This document shows positions 1 to 4,979 of a DNA stretch of 35,061 nucleotides, in pieces; the first letter of the stretch is position 1; every line of letters begins with the position of its first letter. Made by a program: the position numbers and the translations under genes. This stretch comes from a virus: positions 1 through 35,061 of the IMG/VR virus record IMGVR_UViG_3300029188_000076. One strand, written 5' to 3'. Under the pieces are notes generated by a model, which ran no database searches, had not been told where the DNA came from, and saw nothing but the letters and a program-made list of their open reading frames with translations.

Positions 1-99
1 AGACAGCCAGTTTTACGATAATGTGAATGGCGCTTTAAAAGCAGGGCTGAAAATCGGCATTTATCATTATTCTTATGCATTATCTGACGATGTGGCAGG
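1..99. repeat. Terminal direct repeat copy 1 (identical to 34963..35061)
   Basis: agacagccagttttacgataatg...gacgatgtggcagg occurs exactly at both ends of the window. Both copies lie in the same endolysin reading frame. Confidence 0.95.
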
Positions 100-481
100 T
101 ATCGAGGCGGATTTTGTTATTCAGACGCTTGAAGAGTGCGGATTGACCACAGATAAATTGCCGATGGGCGTGTGGTTCGACATGGAAGATGGAGATGGTT
201 ACAAAGAACGTCATGGCATGCCGGATAATCAGGAACTGACAAATATCTGCAACGTCTTCATTAATCGCTTGTGGGATGCAGGTTATGAATATGTGGGATT
301 ATATTCTTGTTATGACTGGCTGGTGAATATTCTGGATGTTGATCAGCTGGGCGGATGTGCAATATGGTGTGCGCAGTTTGATTCAAAATGCGATTATCCG
401 GGTGCCCATATCTGGCAGTATACGGAATCCGAAAACATTGAAGGGAAACTGTTTGATGCGGATGTTGTGATGGGGGGATAA
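2..481 (+). CDS. GH25 muramidase endolysin, 3' portion (5' portion at 34853..35061, gene spans the circular junction)
   Basis: The frame is open from base 2 and in phase with 34853..35061 once the 99-nt overlap is collapsed. Motifs LKIGIYHYSYA, VWFDMED and IWQYTE are typical of glycoside hydrolase family 25 lysozymes. The joined product is about 196 aa. Confidence 0.9.
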   Translation, partial: DSQFYDNVNGALKAGLKIGIYHYSYALSDDVAGIEADFVIQTLEECGLTTDKLPMGVWFDMEDGDGYKERHGMPDNQELTNICNVFINRLWDAGYEYVGLYSCYDWLVNILDVDQLGGCAIWCAQFDSKCDYPGAHIWQYTESENIEGKLFDADVVMGG

Positions 482-484
482 AAA

Positions 485-739
485 ATGAACTATCAGGAAA
501 AAGCAATTCCTGTAGAAGCATGCGCATTGGACGGAAACCATGATGAATGGTTAAAGGATGCAATTAAAAAACAAATTGTAAAGATGAATACAGATGGAAC
601 GGCAGAAATTGAAACATTAGAAGGCGTTCAAAAAGCAAGAAAAGACGATTTTATTATCAAAGGTATTCGTAGAGAAATATATCCATGTCGAAGGGATATA
701 TTTGAAGAAACTTATGAAGAGTTCAAGGAGGATATCTAA
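485..739 (+). CDS. Hypothetical small phage protein (84 aa)
   Basis: ATG lies 4 nt after the lysin stop, with a G-rich RBS. The C-terminal pattern TLEG..KA.KDDFIIKG..REIYPCRRDIFEETYE is one I recall from a widespread conserved small phage protein of unknown function. Confidence 0.6.
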   Translation: MNYQEKAIPVEACALDGNHDEWLKDAIKKQIVKMNTDGTAEIETLEGVQKARKDDFIIKGIRREIYPCRRDIFEETYEEFKEDI

Positions 740-740
740 A

Positions 741-992
741 ATGGAATTAAATGAAACTGTAAAAATGATGGAGAGCACAGATTATAAAGAAAGATTCAAG
801 ACAGAATACTACCAAACAAAAATCCGGTATGACAAATTACACCAGATGCTTATTAAATATGAAGCAGGAACACTTGATTTTACTCCAACTTGTGATATTG
901 AAATATTAGAAAGGCAAGCAAGGTACATGGGGAATTATCTTAAATGCTTGGAGATAAGAGCAGAAATCGAAAAAATAAAACTGGAGGTATAA
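741..992 (+). CDS. Small helical protein, resembles the crAss001_48-related family
   Basis: The internal ATG at 741 is preceded by aaggagg (725-731). The sequence KERFKTEYYQTKIRYDKLHQML...ILERQARYMGNYLKCLEIRAEIE fits the two-helix pattern of that family, recalled from memory. Confidence 0.55.
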   Translation: MELNETVKMMESTDYKERFKTEYYQTKIRYDKLHQMLIKYEAGTLDFTPTCDIEILERQARYMGNYLKCLEIRAEIEKIKLEV

Positions 993-1415
993 ATGTGGAA
1001 AATCAAAAAAGGGCTTATTTTATCGGCGGTCTTGCTGTCGTTGTGGTTGTCGCCATCGTTGTATGGTTCACATGCGCAGGCAGAACAAGTATTCATGATC
1101 TCCGAAATGGAGCTGACACAGTTAGAAATGAACTTGACAACGCTCGAACAGCACAGCAGGGACAAGTCGATACTCTTAGACAAGCAAGCGAAGCAACTGA
1201 GCGAGGCTCAAGAGCAATTGAAAATAGCGAACGAGCAAATCAGGAAATCTCAAGAATTGAACGAACGGACGCAGAACTCATTGAAAATTGCCAGAGAATC
1301 ATTCAACAAGTACGAGCGCGAGGCAGAACGGAAAATCAAAATTAAAACACGACAACGGAATATGTGGATAGCGGCAACGGTTGTAGCCGTGGGAGCGGCA
1401 ATCTCCCGGAGGTGA
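993..1415 (+). CDS. Secreted/membrane coiled-coil protein (signal peptide ...HAQA/E, long heptad region, C-terminal TM anchor)
   Basis: ATG 993 follows GGAGGT (983-988). The N-terminus MWKIKKGLILSAVLLSLWLSPSLYGSHAQA is followed by Q/E/K-rich heptads and a C-terminal MWIAATVVAVGAAISRR. NCG codon use (tcg, gcg, acg) matches the rest of the genome. Confidence 0.6.
   Translation: MWKIKKGLILSAVLLSLWLSPSLYGSHAQAEQVFMISEMELTQLEMNLTTLEQHSRDKSILLDKQAKQLSEAQEQLKIANEQIRKSQELNERTQNSLKIARESFNKYEREAERKIKIKTRQRNMWIAATVVAVGAAISRR
995..1345 (+). CDS. Alternative-frame ORF overlapping 993..1415 (N-terminal TM plus coiled coil, GTG start)
   Basis: The frame is open for 133 codons (944..1345). GTG 995 shares the same RBS as ATG 993. 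It encodes YFIGGLAVVVVVAIVVWF followed by a helical R/E/N/Q-rich region. First codon positions are strongly G-rich, but there are many cga/aga Arg codons, which are atypical here. Confidence 0.25.
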   Translation: MENQKRAYFIGGLAVVVVVAIVVWFTCAGRTSIHDLRNGADTVRNELDNARTAQQGQVDTLRQASEATERGSRAIENSERANQEISRIERTDAELIENCQRIIQQVRARGRTENQN

Positions 1416-1434
1416 TCCAAAATTTATTAATCTA

Positions 1435-1443
1435 TGGTATAAT
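1435..1443 (+). promoter_or_regulatory. Extended -10 promoter TGgTATAAT for the downstream moron gene
   Basis: Exact TGnTATAAT in the 127-nt gap after the stop at 1415. There is no good -35. Confidence 0.5.
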
Positions 1444-1453
1444 ATAATTAATT

Positions 1454-1530
1454 GAGCCGTGGAGTATTGCACAAAGCGGACCAGAAAAAGAGTTCTGATG
1501 TGGAAATTGCATCAGGGCTCTTTTCTTTTT
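1454..1530 (+). promoter_or_regulatory. Structured 5' leader ending in a terminator-like helix plus U-tract (possible attenuator)
   Basis: An outer helix GAGCC(1454-1458)/GGCTC(1516-1520) encloses an inner 7-bp hairpin CTGATGT(1495-1501)/GCATCAG(1509-1515). TTTTCTTTTT (1521-1530) follows, immediately before the RBS aaggagg. Confidence 0.4.
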
Positions 1531-1542
1531 AAGGAGGATTAT

Positions 1543-2142
1543 ATGAGATGGTTTTTGTATGCGCCGTTACAATTACTCATTATGATAATCTGCTATATCA
1601 CCAATCCGATTGTAGTATTGTTTGCCGACAAGGACGGTGAATTGCACGGATTCTTAAGGAAGTGGCAGACATTTGATGATTCTTGTGACAGCGAAGACTG
1701 CGTGATAAAATATGTACCAGACTGGATGCGGTATGATTTCTATAAATACTACTGGGCGGAGAAACGATATGATTCGAACTATGGACGGGTTATGAAAAAA
1801 TCAATTAATATTGCACCGTTACCGATAATTGATAGATTAAAGAGGTATTACTGCCGTGTATTTTGGTTAATGAGAAACTGTGCATATGGTTTTGCTGTCG
1901 ACTGGTTCGGAGCGACAATCAATCCGGATAATGTAGTAGTCATTGATGATTATAGAGCAGGAGAATCCGAAAGAAATATATTTGTTACGCGGGATTTAAA
2001 ATACTGGAAAATATATAATTCCATGCGAATTCTGAACACGAATTACCGATGGAAAATATATTTAGGATGGAAAATTCATAACGTGCAAAGTATACATAGA
2101 GCAATGCTGGCATTTCGGATATGGTTCTGTAAAGCAAGTTAA
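1543..2142 (+). CDS. Membrane protein of unknown function (moron, 199 aa)
   Basis: ATG 1543 lies 6 nt after aaggagg. The N-terminal TM is WFLYAPLQLLIMIICYITNPIVVLFA, followed by the motif LRKWQTFDDSCD. The gene has its own promoter and terminator. Confidence 0.6.
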   Translation: MRWFLYAPLQLLIMIICYITNPIVVLFADKDGELHGFLRKWQTFDDSCDSEDCVIKYVPDWMRYDFYKYYWAEKRYDSNYGRVMKKSINIAPLPIIDRLKRYYCRVFWLMRNCAYGFAVDWFGATINPDNVVVIDDYRAGESERNIFVTRDLKYWKIYNSMRILNTNYRWKIYLGWKIHNVQSIHRAMLAFRIWFCKAS

Positions 2143-2147
2143 AAGAC

Positions 2148-2180
2148 GGGGCGGGGAGAAATCCCTGCTCTTTTCTTTGG
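2148..2180 (+). terminator. Rho-independent terminator of the moron gene
   Basis: Stem GGGGCGGGGA/TCCCTGCTCT around a GAAA tetraloop. The G-U pairs work only on the + strand, and TTTTCTTT follows. Confidence 0.6.
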
Positions 2181-2181
2181 G

Positions 2182-2203
2182 CGGCAAAAATACGGCAAAA
2201 ATT
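2182..2203 (+). repeat. Tandem CGGCAAAAA motifs (candidate integrase arm-type sites)
   Basis: cggcaaaaa-ta-cggcaaaaatt. The 12-mer ACGGCAAAAATT (2192-2203) recurs exactly at 2385-2396. Confidence 0.4.
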
Positions 2204-2340
2204 TTAGCTAAAATACCGCATTTTAACGGTTATTGTTTTTATCATTATTTCTTGGCCACTCGGTAAAATCGACAAAACACAAACACAACGATTCTCAACA
2301 TATCTTAATAAGGCTTATGCTATAAAAAGGTATAAGCTGA

Positions 2341-2367
2341 AAAGTCCCCGTTATTTGGGGACTTTTT
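2341..2367. terminator. Bidirectional stem-loop downstream of the integrase
   Basis: Perfect 9-bp stem AAAGTCCCC/GGGGACTTT with a 7-nt loop, flanked by A/T runs. It lies 29 nt beyond the integrase stop on the minus strand. Confidence 0.55.
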
Positions 2368-2373
2368 GTGTAG

Positions 2374-2396
2374 ACGGCAGACAAACGGCAAAAATT
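2374..2396 (+). repeat. CGGCAGA / CGGCAAAAATT motifs (second set of candidate arm-type sites)
   Basis: acggcagacaaacggcaaaaatt. The exact 12-mer copy abuts the integrase stop codon. Confidence 0.4.
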
Positions 2397-3466
2397 CATT
2401 TGTACATGGTTTCTATATATTGGTCTGCTTCTTTGCGAATATCATCTGTATAATGAATATAGGTAGCTGCTACGGTAGCGACATTATCCCCTAAAACAGC
2501 CGCAACAAGATTAATATCCTTTGATTTTGATAAAAGCATGGTGGCAAAGGTGTGTCGCAGGGTATGAACGGAAATTCCCTGTTTTAATTTACGCAGCTGC
2601 CTATTCATGAGAGCATGTGTACTTGGTGTTGTCGGGATAACGCGCCCGTCAATAGCTACAGGGGTATTCAGTTTCCACGTATTTAATCTGGCTGCCAATT
2701 TCGTATTCATATGTATGGTTCGGTTTCCGTTTCGTGATTTTACGGCTTTAAATCCCCGTTTTTCGGGAGATATCCAGTTATACTGTTTATCTATGGTGAT
2801 TGTTTGTCTGGTGAAATTGATACTGTTCCATGTCAATCCGGCTATTTCTCCATATCTCATGCCGGTATTAAGAGCAATGAAAGCGATCATGTAAAAAATG
2901 GATGTATCACTTAATGCGTCAAGCAGTTGCAATGATTCTTTTTCTGTCAATGCTTTTATTCTCCGGATGGTTTTATCTTTTGCTTGTGTGACACTGTCTG
3001 CCGGATTCGCTGTAATAATTTTATACGGATTGATGGCATAGTTAAAGATGGCACGAATCTGGGCGAAACGATTCTTTCTTGTGCCTTCGCTGAATCGTCC
3101 CATATCTTGATAGACATTGATCACATCTCCGGCGGTGATCTCCCGTATTTGTTTATTGCTCAGTGTAGGAATGCTGCGGAGCATAAAGAAATAATTCCTT
3201 TTGGTGCTATATTCTAAAGAGGATCCTTTATCCCGCAAGTATATATTCTGTGTGAAACTTTTAAAGGTAATATCCGCAAGTTCTGGATCTGCTCCGCAGG
3301 CGGCATCTTCTTTTGCGGCAGCTAATAATTTATCTTGGTATTGTTTGGCTTCCCGCAAGGTTTTAAATCCTTGTTTGGTTTTCTGCTTCCATTTACTGTT
3401 CACTTTGTATGACAGAATAAGGCAAATACTGCCGTTCTTCTCACGCGTCGAAAATGAATATTCCAT
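2396..3466 (-). CDS. int: Tyrosine recombinase / phage integrase with N-terminal arm-binding (AP2-like) domain
   Basis: 356 aa. Motifs are NTGMRYGEIAGLTW (Arg), HTLRHTFATMLL (H-x-x-R) and VAATYIHY (catalytic Tyr). The N-terminus has the pattern SWKQKTKQGFKTLREAKQY. Confidence 0.93.
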   Translation of the reverse strand: MEYSFSTREKNGSICLILSYKVNSKWKQKTKQGFKTLREAKQYQDKLLAAAKEDAACGADPELADITFKSFTQNIYLRDKGSSLEYSTKRNYFFMLRSIPTLSNKQIREITAGDVINVYQDMGRFSEGTRKNRFAQIRAIFNYAINPYKIITANPADSVTQAKDKTIRRIKALTEKESLQLLDALSDTSIFYMIAFIALNTGMRYGEIAGLTWNSINFTRQTITIDKQYNWISPEKRGFKAVKSRNGNRTIHMNTKLAARLNTWKLNTPVAIDGRVIPTTPSTHALMNRQLRKLKQGISVHTLRHTFATMLLSKSKDINLVAAVLGDNVATVAATYIHYTDDIRKEADQYIETMYK

Positions 3467-3484
3467 AATAAAAATCAGCTCCTT

Positions 3485-3513
3485 TTCTGAAACAGGGCTG
3501 ATTGTGCTATAAT
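3485..3513 (+). promoter_or_regulatory. Extended -10 promoter (TGcTATAAT 3505-3513, weak -35 ttctga 3485-3490), divergent from int
   Basis: Exact TGnTATAAT. It points into 230 nt with no plausible ORF. Confidence 0.4.
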
Positions 3514-3519
3514 ATATGC

Positions 3520-3686
3520 GTAACCAGCCTGTGGTAGGGTTGTTACAATTGCCGGAAGGATACTCTCTATCGTTCCGGTTCCCGTCGTCATATTTGCGGT
3601 ATGGCGGCGGGATTTTATATTGAATAAAAAATAGGGATGGTATCTATAACGAAACCATCCCCGCAAAACGGAAACCCGTTTTTTGT
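3520..3686 (+). ncRNA. Candidate structured small RNA between int and dinD
   Basis: Four consecutive hairpins: 3520-3546, CCGGAA/TTCCGG 3552-3578, a 13-bp stem at 3580-3612 with two G-U pairs possible only on the + strand, and GGGATGGT/ACCATCCC 3634-3661. These are followed by AAAACGG-aaac-CCGTTTT plus extra Ts (3665-3684). Confidence 0.3.
3622..3662 (-). terminator. Rho-independent terminator of the dinD-like gene
   Basis: On the minus strand, GGGGATGGT...ACCATCCC is followed by TATTTTTTATT. It lies about 80 nt downstream of the stop at 3744. Confidence 0.65.
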
Positions 3687-3743
3687 TCTAGTTTCATTAT
3701 ACCTTAGCGAGAGATAATAGGGAATTACAACTATATCTGAAGA

Positions 3744-4610
3744 TTACTCTAATGGATTTTTACAATTTTCCTTTTCTGATTCTGCTATCAGTTGTTTCTT
3801 TTGTTCTCCTTCAATCTGTTTGATGCTTTTTTCAGGAGTCGGCAAATCTTCCGGCATTGTACCGCCCAATTCCTTAATCGTCTTGCGAACCTTTTGTCCT
3901 ACTTGGTAATGGGTGCGATTAGCGGCATCTTTTCCCTTTATATGTTCTCTTCGTAATTTATCATCTGTCTGTGTTGCCCGGAATAGATTTGCCGCCAATT
4001 CGGTACTTTCCATATGATCAAGGATTGCCTGTCCTTTTTTTAATCCTTTCTTTTTTGCAATATCTTGGGCGCTTAATCCCCCATAAAGCCCCATATATCC
4101 ATAATTCTGGAAAACTGCATATTCCAACCCGGACCTTACACCAGCCTGTTGTGCCGCCGCTGCCAAAGATTTATTATGGGCCTTTAATTCATTCCGTATG
4201 GCTAAACGCTTTTGATCCTCGGTGAGTAAATCATAATTATCTATAATTTCCTGTTGACGGGTTTTAATCGCAAAATAAGTCTGGGCAAGTGCAATGGCTT
4301 CTTTTCGCGGATCTCCATTCATTGCAATTAAATAACAGGCATATCGTGACAGCTTGTAATTATCAATATATTTTACGCCGCCGTTAGGCATGGGAGATGT
4401 TTTGCGGTCGTTCGCAAAATGTTCTGAAGGACTATTCCCACTTATTTCACAGGCTTTTTTAGCACGTTCTATCGTATCAGAAAATTGGCGCCATTGTTTA
4501 TATTCCAAGACAGGCATCAGTTCTCGTGCTGACCAATATTCCTGATTATATTCATTAATATGTTTTATGGACTCAAAAAGGTTTTCACTAATAGATGTAA
4601 AGCTTTCCAT
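3744..4610 (-). CDS. dinD: DNA-damage-inducible protein D (DinD) homologue
   Basis: Blocks match E. coli DinD as I remember it: LSRYACYLIAMNGDP, QTYFAIKTRQQE, RNELKAHNKSL..AAQQAGV, FQNYGYMGLYGGL, KKGLKKGQAILDHMESTELAANLFRATQT and ELGGTMPEDLPTPEKSIKQ. The start is taken at the ATG (4610) 7 nt after AAAGGAG rather than the upstream GTG at 4628. Confidence 0.88.
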   Translation of the reverse strand: MESFTSISENLFESIKHINEYNQEYWSARELMPVLEYKQWRQFSDTIERAKKACEISGNSPSEHFANDRKTSPMPNGGVKYIDNYKLSRYACYLIAMNGDPRKEAIALAQTYFAIKTRQQEIIDNYDLLTEDQKRLAIRNELKAHNKSLAAAAQQAGVRSGLEYAVFQNYGYMGLYGGLSAQDIAKKKGLKKGQAILDHMESTELAANLFRATQTDDKLRREHIKGKDAANRTHYQVGQKVRKTIKELGGTMPEDLPTPEKSIKQIEGEQKKQLIAESEKENCKNPLE

Positions 4611-4641
4611 AGATGTACTCCTTTTCACTTCTTAATAAAAA

Positions 4642-4780
4642 TTACAATTTCCCTCTGATTTCAACAACTTTTCCAAGAATAGTCACCGGAAGTTCCTTAC
4701 ATTCTTTTTTATTGTATGTCTTCGGTGTGTAAACGGACGGATTCCAGCCTATCAGAGTCAAGCCGGCATCTGATTTACTG
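4642..4780 (-). pseudogene. Remnant of the 3' end of an S24 repressor gene (paralogous to 6261..6399)
   Basis: Gapless alignment to the intact repressor 3' end gives 103/139 identical nt by my hand count. It translates to SKSDAGLTLIGWNPSVYTPKTYNKKECKELPVTILGKVVEIRGKL*, versus SKSENGLTLIGWNPAVYTPMTYTKKECQEFPVSILGKVVEIRRKL*. No N-terminal part is present. Confidence 0.85.
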
Positions 4781-4782
4781 AT

Positions 4783-4950
4783 TTACTTTTCTGATTCTTC
4801 TATTAGTTGTTTTTGAACTATTTTAGCAAGTTCGCGGCGTTCTTCTTGTGTCGGTGGCGGAACATTGGGATCTAAAGGATTACACATGAAGCCTGTCATA
4901 TTTTTCATGATGTAGTCCAGATCGTCAAGTCTTGGGTCATGTTTTGGCAT
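4783..4950 (-). CDS. Small ORF (55 aa) downstream of the nuclease gene
   Basis: The ATG is preceded by gaaagaagg. It encodes MPKHDPRLDDLDYIMKNMTGFMCNPLDPNVPPPTQEERRELAKIVQKQLIEESEK. It is below the ORF-track length cutoff and its TAA is in frame with the repressor remnant. Confidence 0.45.
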   Translation of the reverse strand: MPKHDPRLDDLDYIMKNMTGFMCNPLDPNVPPPTQEERRELAKIVQKQLIEESEK

Positions 4951-4979
4951 TGGGATACCTTCTTTCTGGGTAAATACTA

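Larger units (their letters stand above)
2143..2395. other. Candidate attP region (non-coding gap between the last + strand gene and the integrase 3' end)
   Basis: 253 nt without an ORF abutting the integrase stop. It contains repeated CGGCA(A/G)A motifs on both sides of an AT-rich centre. Confidence 0.45.

Noticed and set aside
1-99. Interpreting the 99-bp end repeat as a biological direct terminal repeat or cos site
   Set aside because: It falls in the middle of the endolysin coding sequence and far from the terminase genes. An assembly overlap of a circular or permuted genome is the simpler explanation. Only read-terminus analysis can settle it.
2205-2370. Search for a tRNA 3' fragment or tRNA gene in the attP candidate and elsewhere
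   Set aside because: No cloverleaf-compatible arms or GTTCRANNC T-loop were seen. The hairpins present (2313-2338, 2341-2365) are simple stem-loops.
3475-3666. 63-aa minus-strand ORF in the int-dinD spacer
   Set aside because: It spans hairpins and the dinD terminator. There is no RBS and the peptide (MRGWFRYRYHPYFLF...) is not protein-like. The region is better explained as structured RNA or regulatory DNA.
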